Source: Eledone cirrhosa (lineage: Eukaryota). From it: a stretch of 64,000 nucleotides of DNA. The notes beneath the pieces are model-generated. The model saw nothing but the letters and a program-made list of their open reading frames with translations, was not told the origin of the DNA and searched no databases. The position numbers were made by a program, and so were the translations under genes. Shown piece after piece: positions 13,237 to 37,061 of the stretch (position 1 is the stretch's first letter; the number at the start of each line of letters is the position of its first letter). The stretch spans positions 24,490,001 to 24,554,000 of the forward strand of contig OZ024755.1 in the NCBI GenBank assembly GCA_964016885.1, written 5' to 3'.

Positions 13237-14636
13237 TGCATTTATCTTGCTTTATGTTCATACGAGTTATCACCAAGTCACAACCAGTGACCTCAAGAGA
13301 CAACAAGGTCCGCCATGTTCAAGAAAGAACATACATATTCACACATGCATCCTTAGTGTTTAGACTTGTGATGTACTTATATTGACAGGATCTTGCTTAG
13401 TATATGGGCAGTTCCCATTAGTACTATCTTTTGTATTTCTCCTATACGCGGGTTTCCTGGGATTTGCGATAAGTAGTCGTTAGACCCCTTAGGTATCATT
13501 CCCAGAGCGCCTACAACCACTGGTATTGTTTTAGTTCTCAATTTCCACATTTTTCCAATTTCTATCTCCAGGTCCTTATACTTGCTCAATTTTTCAAATG
13601 TTTTTATAGATACATTCTTGTCTATTGGAACAGACATATCAATTAGCAGGCATACCCTCCTTTGAAAGTCCTTCAATATTATATCAGGTCTATTTGCAAC
13701 TATTTTTCGGTCTGTTTGGATGCTAAAGTTCCACAAGATTGAGATGTGATCTTTTTCAAGTATGGGAGGTGGTTGATGCTCCCACCAATTCTTTTGATGG
13801 GGCAGGTCAAAATGCTTACACATTATCCAATGTATGTATTGTGCAGCTCTGTCATGCCTGTTTAGGTATTCGGTTGGAGCTATAGGACTGCACATTGAAA
13901 TTATATGGTCAATGGTCTCTGGTTGTTTTTTGCATACACGGCATAATGGGCTGCACCCATTTTTTATTATGTTGGCTTGGTAATTTTTTGTTGGCAGACA
14001 CTGATCTTGTGCCGATATAGTCAGTCCTTCAGTCTCCGATTTCAGTCCAGAGGATGCCAACCACTGATGGGTTAAAGTTTTGTCAACATCAGGATTGTTA
14101 GCTCGCTCTGGGTATTTTCCATACAGAGGCTTTTCTTGCCATTTCTTAGCCAGTTTCTGTAGCAGTTCTTTCTTTGCAGTTACTTTTACCTGCTTTGCTT
14201 TTTCTGTGTTTTCCATTTCAGCAGTAAATGGGACTTCTGAAATTTGTAGTCCATTACTGTATCTTTGTGCATCTTTTGTAATGGAATATGATCTTTTGGT
14301 GCTTTCGTGTTTCAAAACGAGTTTGATCATCCAATCATGTGATTCCCTTAGATATGTGGATAATCCAATTGTTGCAGTTTTCAACGCAATGTCTAACTGG
14401 ATTAACCCACGTCCCCCTTCTTTCCTAGGGAGATATATTCTATCTATGTCTGCCTTAGGGTGATGCATTCTGTGCATGGTTAAGAATTTTCGGATTTTTG
14501 TATCGAGCCTACGGATCTCTGTGCTTGACCAGTTGATGACATTGTAACTGTAGGTTACTACTGGTATGGCAAGCGTGTTTATGGCATCGATCCTATTCCT
14601 TGCATTCAATTCCGTTCTTAATATTATTGTTTTCAT
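13236..14636 (-). mobile_element. Young 5'-truncated R4/Dong-like non-LTR retrotransposon in a (TAA)n tract
   Basis: Open frame, short 3' UTR, (TAA)n tail at 13168-13235 and (ATT) repeats at the 5' junction. TAA-repeat targeting is established for Dong. Confidence 0.9.
13377..14636 (-). CDS. RT thumb + CCHC knuckle + restriction-like endonuclease (partial LINE ORF)
   Basis: CRVCKKQPETIDHIISMC (CX2CX8HX4C), RHD, RPDII...LIDMSVP (PD..D) and EKLSKYKDL. The leading MIIII comes from the microsatellite. Confidence 0.92.
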   Translation of the reverse strand: MKTIILRTELNARNRIDAINTLAIPVVTYSYNVINWSSTEIRRLDTKIRKFLTMHRMHHPKADIDRIYLPRKEGGRGLIQLDIALKTATIGLSTYLRESHDWMIKLVLKHESTKRSYSITKDAQRYSNGLQISEVPFTAEMENTEKAKQVKVTAKKELLQKLAKKWQEKPLYGKYPERANNPDVDKTLTHQWLASSGLKSETEGLTISAQDQCLPTKNYQANIIKNGCSPLCRVCKKQPETIDHIISMCSPIAPTEYLNRHDRAAQYIHWIMCKHFDLPHQKNWWEHQPPPILEKDHISILWNFSIQTDRKIVANRPDIILKDFQRRVCLLIDMSVPIDKNVSIKTFEKLSKYKDLEIEIGKMWKLRTKTIPVVVGALGMIPKGSNDYLSQIPGNPRIGEIQKIVLMGTAHILSKILSI

Positions 14637-15169
14637 TATTATTATTATCATTGTTGTCTCCCACTATATATTAAAATAGAATAATATGTTAATATAACGG
14701 AAGCCGATTTTGGGTGTGAAATTATGATAGAGCGGAAGTGTAAAAATGATGGCTAGGAAATTCATTTTGTTTTGTAATAGTAATGGTTATTTTTGGTACA
14801 AAAAAAATAGTATTTGTTTCTATTAACTTCTCAGCTATAATAATATCATGTTTACATTTCTTTATTTCTGTTGGTGTGTGGGTAGGAAGAAGGGTACATT
14901 TTTGTGACATCCGTGTAAATGTTTCATTTCCGGTTTTTCAATGATAGCAATACATTTTATCATCTTGTCATGGCATTGAAAAACATCTTACATTATTATT
15001 ATTATGTGAAACTTCCTTTGAATTCTGCTTCTTTCACAAACCATGCCGAGTGTCAGCCTGGCACCTGAGGCAAAATTTGATAATACACACGTTTTACCAT
15101 TAATTGTCATACAAATGATGTCTCAGGGGCACAAACAACAGTAAATATCTTTGGAAGATTTTAAAATTG

Positions 15170-15512
15170 ATAATGCACTTCTCAGCATATCGACAGTGCC
15201 AGTCAGAACTATTTTCTGTATCTCAGCTTTCCAGGTATCCGGTCCAAATATTTTTCAGTACCCCTTTTTATCATTCCAAGTGCGCTAACTATTACTGGTA
15301 TTGTACAGGCTTTAAGATGCTACATTTTCTCAATTTCAATTGATAGATCATTATACTTACTAAGCTATCTGAACACTTTCGAGGAGATGTTACGATCTGA
15401 TGGAATACTCATGTCAATTAAGAAATATGTTTTCTCTTTGTGTTTCTTCACAACTATATCAGGTCTGTTGGCCTTGATTGTTCTGTTAGTAGTCACAGAG
15501 AAATCCCAGAGA
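15170..15512 (-). mobile_element. R4/Dong-like REL domain fragment, degraded
   Basis: LWDFSVTTNRTIKANRPDIVVK...LIDMSIPSDRNISSK. Confidence 0.85.
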
Positions 15513-15519
15513 TTGTTAC

Positions 15520-16172
15520 GATTATCGCAGAGCGTCGGACACCATGCTTCGCGGCATAGAGTTACGGCCATTTGCGTTCTGAGTTCAAATCCCGCCGAGG
15601 TTGACTTTGCCTTTCATCCTCACGGAGTCGATAAATAAAGCACCAGTAACACACTGAGGTCAATTTAATCGATTTCCCATTCCCCCAAAACATTGCTGGC
15701 CTTGTGCCTAAAGTAGAAACAATTATTGTCATGATCTTTATGGTTGTGAATTGGTAGAGTCTTTAGACGGTTGGGTTAAATGTTTTGCTATTTGTTCAGG
15801 CTCTTTACGTTCTGAGTTCAAATTCCACCGACGTCTATTTTGCCTTCCTTCTTTCCGGGCTCTATAAACTGAAGAATCTGCCAAGTATTGGGGTCAAAAT
15901 AATCGACATTACCCTCACCTGAAATTATTGGCCTTGGGTCTAAATTGAAAACAATTATCAAAGGCTGTGTATTAGAAGAAATGCTAAAGTATTGGAGGAA
16001 ATGCGTTGAGGGGTTCGTTACGGATTTCTGAATTTTGAGTTTAAATCTCGCCGAGATCAACCGTGCTTCTTATCCTTTCGAGGTCGATAAAATAAAGTAC
16101 TAATATTAGAGTCGATATAAGCGACTATTCCTGTACTCTCTATTGCTGGCCTTGTTTCTAAATTAGAAACAG
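15520..16172 (+). mobile_element. Three tandem tRNA-derived SINE copies
   Basis: B boxes at ~15581, ~15814 and ~16037, each followed by the conserved body and the tgctggccttg..aga.aca tail. Confidence 0.8.
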
Positions 16173-16607
16173 TTATTTTTATTATGGTTTCTGCATTCAA
16201 TCAAAACAATACAACAAAGAACAAAGTAACACATATGTTTCTTAGAGTTTGCTACATTAAACTTCCTTTAAACACATAGGTATCGGTGAACCATTCAACT
16301 GTGATCCATTATAAAAGTTCATATCATTTTTTATATCTTCATCAAAGCCATCGGAAATTTTTACACAATAAAGGTATATATATGAAGTTTTTATTGCTTG
16401 TTTATATATTTATCACTAATATTATTTACTTATTTTCGCGGAAGACATTTCCAAATACATACTATGATTTGTTCTCCCTCGCCGAGAATGTAAAATGCGA
16501 TTGTTGCGATGAATGAACGAAAACTGCAATAATAACTAATATAAAACATCCAAACATTTTTTAGATGTGTATGTATATATATTTATGTATATATATATTT
16601 AAATATA

Positions 16608-16683
<76 letters not shown>

Positions 16684-16787
16684 CTTCAAGGTTTGGTTAG
16701 GTTCTAAATAGGATACCGATTTTTATGTTTCACACTTAAATAGCCTACCCTGAATATTTCTTAAGTCAGTTAAGTACACACACACAC

Positions 16788-16847
<60 letters not shown>

Positions 16848-16895
16848 ACACACTCCAACAGCATACTAATAAGTATGTATACATTTTTATACACC

Positions 16896-16960
<65 letters not shown>

Positions 16961-16964
<4 letters not shown>

Positions 16965-17960
16965 GAATAATCGAGTATCGAAAAATCAGCGCACGAGTTC
17001 ACGATAAACAAAATTCGACATGAGTGGCAGAGGGCTCAATAACTCAGATAAATCAGAGTTATAACTATCGTTAAAATACCAACACACATAGATCATGTCT
17101 AAAATCAACCATACGACCGAAAAATTACGATCAGGAAGATTCGGGTCACTCAGATAAAATATCAATAAATCAATAAATCATGTGAATGTAAAAAGCTTAC
17201 CCGGACCCACTAGAAAGATGGTAAATCTAGCTTCTTGGGTTTCTGTAAATCCTTAAACCGCCCACTATCAGCCCACATAAAAATATATAAGACTTCTAGA
17301 GAGCGGCGGACAGGAAATACTTTATCAACGAGCTTTGTCCAGACGAATAAAAAAGCCAACCCTAGCTGAAAACGCACATGGAATCCAGCAAGGGAGATAA
17401 CCTCTATATCCGCGAAAAATATTCGGGAATGTGGAAAATCACATATCGAATAAGAGCGCTCAATAGACATGTAAAAATAAACAGGAGCTATTCTTCATTT
17501 AATGGGATCGACAAAAAATGAACAATAAAATTAACTGGTCAATAGCTAAGTCTAGAGCTAAATATAGTAGAATAATCGAGTATCGAAAAATCGGCGCACG
17601 AGTTCACGATAAACAAAATTCGACATGAGTGGCAGAGGGCTCAATAATTCAGATAAATCAGAGCTATAACTATCGTTAAAATACCAACACACATAGATCA
17701 TGTCTAAAATCAACCATACGACCGAAAAATTACGACCAGGAAGATTCGGGTCACTCAGATAAAATATCAATAAATCAATAAATCATGTGAATGTAAAAAG
17801 CTTACCCGGACCCACTAGAAAGATGGTAAATCTAGCTTCTTGGGTTTCTGTAAATCCTTAAACCGCCCACTATCAGCCCACATAAAAATATATAAGACTT
17901 CTAGAGAGCGGCGGACAGGAAATACTTTATCAACGAGCTTTGTCCAGACGAATAAAAAAG
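16961..17960 (+). repeat. Recent direct tandem duplication, period 605 bp (1.65 copies); possibly a decayed PLE endonuclease region
   Basis: 16961-17355 is nearly identical to 17566-17960. Interrupted translation LYI..WK..; WDRQKMNNKINWSIAKSRAKY..; [10 protein letters not shown] weakly resembles the PLE GIY-YIG C-terminus. Confidence 0.85.
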
Positions 17961-18370
17961 TTTAACCGGGGGGGGGGGGGGGGTTAAACATTTTCCTATT
18001 ACCCACTCTACTACCCTAAGTATTGAGTACTCTGGTGCGTTATAGTCCATCTGGTTCCTTACCACACCTCCTTCGTTATATATATATATATAAATATATG
18101 TGTGTGTGTGTGTATATATATATATAAATATATATATATGTGTGTGTGTGTGTATGTGTGTGTATCATCTATGTTATGTTGTTTACCAATGTGTAGAACT
18201 GGTGATTCTGGTTAGTGAATGGTGATGCAATAAATTTAAAACACTCGACGATATGCAGATCATCCCAACGTAGAGCTGGTATTCTGGGCTACTGAAATAT
18301 GTATAGTGTTTTGGCGGAATTAATATTTTAAAGAAAGTTTCCAGTCCGGCTTCCTGTTGTTTTTAATGAG

Positions 18371-18424
<54 letters not shown>

Positions 18425-18782
18425 TTTTGGAAGCCTCTACAATGCAGATAGATAAATCTTGGGGTATCAAAATCGGGTGGCAGTAGGAAGGAAGCGGGTA
18501 ATAAGTAAGAGAAATGTAAAACGAAATGCAAAATGAAATGAGAACCAGATTTTAAGTTACCTTGGAATAGATTTATTCGTCCCTATATTACGGATTTCAC
18601 ATCCATCGTCAAGGGTTCCGAACGGAAATTGTAGATTTGTAGGAAACGATCTACGTGACCGTTGAAATACGCCAACGAATATTCCCTATCGAGCGCGCAC
18701 AAACAAAATCATATGTTGTTAAAGTTAGTAGTCGTCACTAATGCGTGGGATGGGTGTTATACAATCTTTATTTATCATACTA

Positions 18783-18818
18783 TCTTGCGATGAAGGTCCA
18801 GTGACCGAAACGTAAAGA
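18783..18818 (+). ncRNA. Decayed ultra-minimal hammerhead motif
   Basis: TCTT-GCGATGA-A-GGTC(CAGT)GACC-GAAA-CG-TA-AAGA. Stems I and II pair, but core positions C3/U4 are altered. Confidence 0.45.
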
Positions 18819-18904
18819 CACTTTTCCTATTATATCAAGCGTTAAACTAATAAATATTTGCCTTGTCCTGTCTTTTGATGTGTTGTTCATCTATTTACTT
18901 TTCG

Positions 18905-18935
<31 letters not shown>

Positions 18936-18948
18936 ATATTTATAGGTG

Positions 18949-18980
<32 letters not shown>

Positions 18981-19556
18981 TACAAATGAATAAATCTGCT
19001 TGTTTGTTTTGCTGAATACAGCATGTAATTGTGTTTCAGTATAGAACCATAAAGTCATATTGATTATATGTAAGTATGTCGACAGAAAATAGACAACATA
19101 TTGCAACTATATATATACAGACACAAACTCACTCAGAATAAGCTTACATACATGCGCATATACGTTCTCATACACATAATATTCTTACATTCATACACAC
19201 ATAATTACTGAATTACTAACACATATTTACATAAGAAAAATAAAAACAATAAACAAACATATAAAATTAATTAAGTAAAAAGTCAAGGAAAACAAGGGGG
19301 TGAGATTACTAAGATGGAAGACAGTTGCCAACACAAATATCAACCTACTTTCCGATAAATTCTCCCAATTCAACACCAAGCATGTATAAACAATCTAACT
19401 ACACATAAACATAACAACATACATAATGGCACATATATACAAGCTTACATATATATATGTACATACACACAAACATACATATAACACGGACAACATACAC
19501 AATGACACAATATATAGGAACATACATATAAAAACACACACACATACAAACACACG

Positions 19557-19594
<38 letters not shown>

Positions 19595-19704
19595 AATATA
19601 TGTATATGTATATATGCATGTATGTTTGTATGTATGTATATATATGTATATATATTCACACACACAAAACATGATTATATTCCGATTTGTTTATTGGTCC
19701 ACAA

Positions 19705-19737
<33 letters not shown>

Positions 19738-19745
19738 CATATTAT

Positions 19746-19816
<71 letters not shown>

Positions 19817-20203
19817 GTAAGAAACCCGTAGGAGGGCTTGACAGCAAAAGGTCTTCAGAGGAGAAAGACCACGCCAGCGAGTGTTTCGGCCCTTAACTTC
19901 TTACACGCTAAGGGGACTGGGCTGCATCCTCGTCCTGACTCCTGGGTGCCCTTCTGCTGACATTTAGCTTAATGGATATCGGAGATTTGTTGTGTATTTA
20001 AACCGTATGGACATTTTGTTGACAGGATTTAGATTGAACTACTTCTAAGTATTCTATATATTATATAACTGTTGGTAGTCGTCGTCATCGTCGTCTTCTT
20101 CTTCTTCTTCTTCTTCTTGTTCTTGTTGGTGTTGTTGTTGTTGTTGTTGTTGTTGTTCTTCTTCTTCTTCTTCTTCTTCTTCTTCTTCTTCTTCTTCTTC
20201 TTC

Positions 20204-20257
<54 letters not shown>

Positions 20258-20292
20258 GAGAGAGAGAGAGTGAGAGAGATAGAGGGAGAGAG

Positions 20293-20404
<112 letters not shown>

Positions 20405-20847
20405 GATCGCGGTGACAGGGACCTCAAACGTGTCATGTCAGAAGCAACCGTCTCCAATGAAATATTCCTCTTAGCAATACTCACATGATCTCTCGAAGAC
20501 CTGCCGCAGATCAAATATTTCGTCGGCTGTGCAGCGTCCGGGGCGAAAACCACACTGTTCATTAGCTAGATAAGAGTCGACAATCTCACTACAGCTCTTT
20601 GTCAGATACTTAACATAGACATTACAGGGGAGGCTTGACAAAGAGATCCTTGGAACAATCTCTCTTGTCTCCCCTTTTCGAAAATGGGATTGTCACTCCC
20701 GATTGTTATTGCTTAGTCCAGAGATCCAGGCCACTCGGCACACACTACTCAGCTAGACAATACCGTCTTTGTTTAAGGCGGTTGTTAGTGACGCATCAAA
20801 AATTGAGTTGTTGTTTCTCATATATATACTTACAAAGATACACCTCA

Positions 20848-20912
<65 letters not shown>

Positions 20913-20983
20913 TTAAAGGTTAAACAAGGTTCAATGAATAATTCAATGAATAAAGTTTTACAATAGATTATATAGCATCATCT

Positions 20984-21050
20984 TATTTTATCTGATGAGG
21001 ACGTACTGTTGAAGATAGCTCAGTACCTCTGAAATATGTATAATAAAATA
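20984..21050 (+). ncRNA. Minimal type I hammerhead ribozyme, family C
   Basis: TATTTTAT-CTGATGA-GGACGTACTG(12-nt loop)CAGTACCTCT-GAAA-T-ATGT-A-TA-ATAAAATA. Perfect 8-bp stem I, stem II pairs at 9 of 10 positions, AUA triplet. Confidence 0.85.
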
Positions 21051-21121
21051 TACTTGATCACACGAATGTCTATATTTGGTAATATTTTGAATTAATATAA
21101 TATATATATATATATATATAA

Positions 21122-21244
<123 letters not shown>

Positions 21245-21654
21245 TATGTATACGTACATACATATATGTATACAGACGTACAGTAGTATGAATATATATA
21301 TACATACATGCACATATATATATATGTACGTATGGATTCACCGAACATTTATTATAATGCTCGGTGTGTTTGTAAACAAACATCCCGAATTAAGCCGTAC
21401 AGTGTCTAGTAACCATCGTTGCTCATTTGTTCAACCCTGACAAAGGAACGCTGTACTAGTTTTAAGCTTATTAGCTATCGTCAGCAACGTATACCTTCCT
21501 GCCAGATGATTGAACGTCTCAAAGTATATACTTTCCTTATGCATATTAACGGTTGAGCAGCCTAATTTGCATATCGAGTGAGTTAATCGGCCGGGGTACC
21601 GAAAACGATAAACGGATATATATATATATATATATATATACGATAAACGATATG

Positions 21655-21755
<101 letters not shown>

Positions 21756-21774
21756 TCTTCTAGGGTAGGTATTC

Positions 21775-22066
21775 TATCCTCTTCTAGGGTGGGTAAAATT
21801 TCTGAGATCCATGGACGAGTTCTCTCCAGCGGTCTCTGTCCATCATTATCGCTGCCATGTCTTGCGTTTCCAACAGACCAGTGTCTGTCGTTAGGGCATG
21901 AACATACGTTAACCTAGGTCTCCCTCTTCCAGTGTGTCTATGTAGGGGATCCCACAGGGGCACTGAGTGCAATGTCAAATCTGGATGTCGGTGAGCATGG
22001 CCAGCTAACCTCAATCTCCTCGGTGTCACTTTTGAGCTGACTTTTGGGAGGCTCCCATACAGCTCT
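21775..22066 (-). mobile_element. RTE-type LINE 3' end
   Basis: ELYGSLPKVSSKVTPRRLRLAGHAHRHPD...[10 protein letters not shown]...DRDRWR; paralog of 8130-8381. Confidence 0.85.
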
Positions 22067-22085
22067 ATATATAAACATATATATA

Positions 22086-32000
<9,915 letters not shown>

Positions 32001-32266
32001 TATATGTATTTATGTATTTATGTATATATGTTTGTATGTATATATGTCTGTATATATGTATATATATATATGCAGGCATATTTTTAATGGGCTAATATAC
32101 TATACCACTGCATATTTAATATGTGTATGAAATGATTACATCCGAATTTATGAATATTTGAAACATGTTTGCATAAATGGAAGTTCTAAATTTAATGCTC
32201 TTGTGTTATAAGCTGCACCTGTAATATCTGTCCACTGAATGAATGGGGATTTCTCTTTTACTTTAG

Positions 32267-32481
32267 GAACCCTGAGATCGTTCAGAGGAAATATTGATTA
32301 TTGTGTTTGATGTTTTTATGATATAAATTCGTCTATATGGGTTTAGTATTGAAAAATTCGACCATATGAAATTAAGGAGATGTGCCGATGTGCTTGGTAT
32401 AAGGACATGAGTTGTGATGTTATCTGCGGAGTCAGGACATATATTGGGATTATATATATGCCGTCTATACATACATTATAC
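32267..32481 (+). pseudogene. Candidate decayed exon, Cys-rich
   Basis: Good acceptor tttctcttttactttag. The phase-1 frame reads TLRSFRGNIDYCV*CFYDINSSIWV*Y*KIRPYEIKEMCRCAWYKDMSCDVICG, with 3 stops. Weak donor gtatgg. Confidence 0.25.
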
Positions 32482-32794
32482 GTATGGCCTGTTGTTTTAA
32501 CAAAACTTGTTTAATGCAAATGGTTTTTAAATAATTTTGAAACTAATCAAGAATTCAGAGGAAATAAATATTATAAATAACCTTTTTCTTATTAGTTTAA
32601 TATTTGGAAGATGAGAAAGGTTCTCATAAAAAAACAAAGATGGAAGATTTTGAGATAAATATAAATACTTTAACCAATTCGTTACTATATACTTCGAATG
32701 AAAGACATTGCTTGTGATTTTCAAATTATTTTGAAAATAATTATGAATTTGAGAGGACATAGTAAGATACTGTCTCATTATTTGGTGGATTGGA

Positions 32795-32908
32795 TGAGTT
32801 CAAATCCCGCCAAGGTTAACTTTTCCTTTCATCCTTACGGGGTCGATAAAATAAAGTACCAGTAATACACTGGATAATTGCTGGCCTTGTGCCAAAGTAG
32901 AAACAATT
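32795..32908 (+). mobile_element. SINE 3' half
   Basis: gagttcaaatcccgccaaggttaac...ggggtcgataaaataaagtaccag...ctggccttgtgccaaagtagaaacaatt. Confidence 0.85.
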
Positions 32909-33284
32909 ATTTATCTGGGGTTTGGAGTATAACTTAACAAAGTTTCTTATATGAAATTTAACCGAACGCTTTTAGAAAAATATAAGCGCATTAAAACGAA
33001 CAGCTTCATATTATAGAATCAACCTGGCATGTATGAAATTAAGGAGTCTTGTATAGTGTGTTGGGTTTTTGAAAAAAAGGAAAACTTTAATAATTTTCAT
33101 AAGAACTCGCCTGAAACCGCACATCGTTATATGATAGAAAACTGTTTATTTAAAATGTTAACATTTATCTAAATATCTTATATAAATAATTCTATGTAAG
33201 AACATTTGTTATGTTTCAAACACCACCTTATTAATGTTAGATTATTTTCAATTTAATTTGAAAAAGAAAAAAACATTGTATTTC

Positions 33285-33885
33285 GTTAGAAATATCGTAA
33301 AAAGGGGCTAATGACATAGACAGTGTCTTTCATTAGAAATATATTAATGAAAAGGTTAATGACATAGACAGTGTCTCTCATTAGAAATATAGTAATGAAA
33401 TGATTAAAAACATAAGCAGTGTATTTCATTAGAAATGTGGTAACGAAAGGGTTAATAACATAGGTAGTGTATTTCATTAAAATATGGTAATGAAAAGGTT
33501 AATGGCATTGACAGTGTCTCTCATTAGAAATATACTAATGAAATGATTAAAGATATAAGCAGTGTATTTCATTAGAAATATGGTAACTAAAGGGTTAATA
33601 ACATAGGTAGTGTATTTCATTAAAATATGGTAATGAAAAGGTTAATGACATAGACAGTGTCTTTCATTAGAAATATACTAATGAAATGATTAAAGACATA
33701 AGCAGTGTATTTCATTAGAAATATGGTAACGAAAGGGTTAATAACATAGGTAGTGTATTTCATTAAAATATGGTAATGAAAAGGTTAATGGCATAGACAG
33801 TGTCTTTCATTAGAAATATGGTAACGAAATTGTTAAAGACATAGGTAGTACCTTTAATTAGAAATATGATAATGAAAGGGTTAAT
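33285..33885. repeat. ~41-bp minisatellite with 122-bp (three-monomer) higher-order structure
   Basis: Monomer ~cattagaaatatggtaatgaaaaggttaatgacatagacagtgtcttt. The variants catagacag / cataagcag / cataggtag recur in a fixed order. Confidence 0.9.
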
Positions 33886-34292
33886 CAAAGTGACTGTTTG
33901 AAATCAAGGAGTGGTGAAGGGGAGTATTTTATCTAGCTACGTATTCTGAGTAGTTTAACCAATGTTTTATTTGGGTTTTGAAATCTATGAATGTTTTCAA
34001 TACTGTATTAAGGATGGTATTGATACGACCCCAGTAATCAATGATTGCCTTCCTGTGTTTATTTTCCCTCCTATAAACGATCGATTTATTAAAGGCGCCA
34101 CTTATTGCCTGTGCAGTTGTTCGGTTCAAACAGGATCGAACTAGATAGTTAAAGGGGTGATTGATTATAATGTTGGTCACGCGACCTGATGTTATTATAA
34201 ACACTTATTATTTTTGTATATCTCATCGATAATGCCGGGCCTGGTACACGAGAGTTTATTGAAACTATCACTGGTAAGACTGTGTGCCTCTC

Positions 34293-34422
<130 letters not shown>

Positions 34423-34682
34423 AAGACATATAAGTGCCCATGTATAATAAACATATATGTAATCTCTCTCTCTAGCTTCAGGTGTGATTACACACACATG
34501 TATATATATATATAATATAGAAATGATTTCTACAGGACTAGAACTGTTTCATTCTCACCATGATGTGTTATAGCGAGGTATCTTCCTCTAATAGTGCTTA
34601 ACAAATAGGCATAAAATAATGAAATAATTAGAGCTGTGACAGTGTGTGTGTGTGTGAATATATATATATATATATATATACA

Positions 34683-35603
34683 CAAGGTTTATCCCAAAAG
34701 TAAGGGCACTAATATTCCTATGTACGACATGGTAATGTTGTACCTCGTTGAAGGATATAGGCGTGTTGGTTATATTGGCTGTACGTACATACTTGATTCA
34801 ACATGATCGATAGAGTCAGTCATAAGTTATTGTCGGTTGTGTACAGACGTGTTTATAACCTATATTACGCTTGCGATGCAGAAAATATCGAACAACGGTC
34901 TGCGATCAAATTTTGTGTGAAACTCAACAAATCTGCCACCGAAATATTTCATTCTTTAAAACAAGCGTAGGGAGATGCGACTCTATTGAGAAGTGAGATT
35001 TTTAAGTGGCATGAAGCTTTCAAAGAGGGTCGAGAAAAAGATTGTAGATGAACCTCATTCTGGAAGGTCAATCTCGTCAACAAATGAACAAAATGTGGAA
35101 GTGGCGCAAGCGGTGATTGCGAAAGATTGCCAATTAGGTGTAAGGATGGTTGCAGAAGAAACGAGCTTGGATAAAAATTCAGTTCACAGAATTTTAACAG
35201 ACCATTTGAACATGAGAAAAATTTGAGCAAAACTAGAGCCCAAACACAACACTTTCAATTAGTAAATTTGTAGGAAAAGAAAAACATTCCCACTCTTCCA
35301 CATACTCTCTACAGCCCGGATCTAGCTCTGTGTGGTTGTTACCGCTTCCATAAGTTTAAATCGAAGTTAAAGTGTCATTAGTTTGGGACTGTGGAAAACA
35401 TACAAAAAAATAATAACCAACGAGCTAAGGACACTCATAGAAAATGGCTTCCCTTACTGCTACGATCAATGGAAAAAAAAAAGCTATAACTACCGTGTGA
35501 CTTCCCAAGGGCTGTGTTTCGATGGAGATGATTTGTAAATTCATGTACGTCTAATATATATTTAAATAAAATTTCAGTACTCTTACCTTTTGGACAAACC
35601 TCG
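34683..35603 (+). mobile_element. Internally deleted mariner transposon relic
   Basis: TIRs caaggtttatcccaaaagtaaggg and ctcttaccttttggacaaacctcg. Translation EQRSAIKFCVKLNKSATEI..., DEPHSGRS..., SVHRILTDHLNMRKI, YSPDLA. Has stops and frameshifts, and the first catalytic Asp region is missing. Confidence 0.9.
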
Positions 35604-35899
35604 TTTATGCATAATTCATGAGTGTGTATGTATATGTATGTGTTTGTATATGTGCGCGCATGTGTGTACGTATGTGCATATTTGTATGTGTGTGTGTACG
35701 TGTGTACGTATTTGCATGTGTGTGGACGTGTGTGCGTATTTGTATGTGTGTACGTGTGTGCATGTGTGTACGTACGTGTGTGTGTGTATCTATGTGTGTG
35801 TGTGCGTGTGTGTGTGTACGCGTGTGTATGTGTATGTGCGCATGTGTGTACGTGTGTGCATGTTTGTATATGTGTGTGTACGCGTGTCTATGTGTGCGC

Positions 35900-35977
<78 letters not shown>

Positions 35978-36133
35978 TTGCTCTCAAACATACCTTGTTT
36001 TCACATCGGCAATCTAAGACATTTGACAAACTATATTAATGAAGCGTAAAGCCAGTCAACAGCCAAGCAGAAAAATATTTTTTTCCACTTCTCTCTGTCT
36101 ATCTATCTGTTTTGTCACCTTCTTTGCCTTCAA

Positions 36134-36214
<81 letters not shown>

Positions 36215-36388
36215 ATTGTTAATTTTATATTTGTTATTTATTTTTTTAACCCCCCCCCCTTGTATTTGTCCCCTTCTTTTGTGCCCTCGTGGCAAATAAA
36301 CACAAACTTATCTATCTATATATCTAACTATGGACAAGGTATGATTCGTCACATTGGGTGGTAGCATTCTAAATGTTTCACTCTCTCT

Positions 36389-36513
<125 letters not shown>

Positions 36514-36533
36514 TATATATTATTTATATATAT

Positions 36534-36575
<42 letters not shown>

Positions 36576-36597
36576 TATATATATATATATATATGTA

Positions 36598-36717
<120 letters not shown>

Positions 36718-36933
36718 ATTTAGAAGATAGGCAGTGTCATCTCATCCCTGTAGGTAACACTGGTTGTAAGGAACCCCTCTCAGTTATACAGGGTGGCAGG
36801 CCTCTACAGCTATATAATACTCATCATACTGGGATGATGAGCTTCACTGATAGATTTAACAGATACAAGCATTAGCTTTATTGTTTTGATTTCATTACTA
36901 AAGTGTTTGTAGCTGACTGTCTTTGTGTCTGTC

Positions 36934-36979
<46 letters not shown>

Positions 36980-37011
36980 TAAACATTTATATATACACAT
37001 ATATATACTTA

Positions 37012-37061
<50 letters not shown>

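Noticed and set aside
33929-34204. 91-aa ORF, possibly a very decayed GIY-YIG (SIVY..YWG..FKT)
   Set aside because: Similarity is too weak to call without a search.
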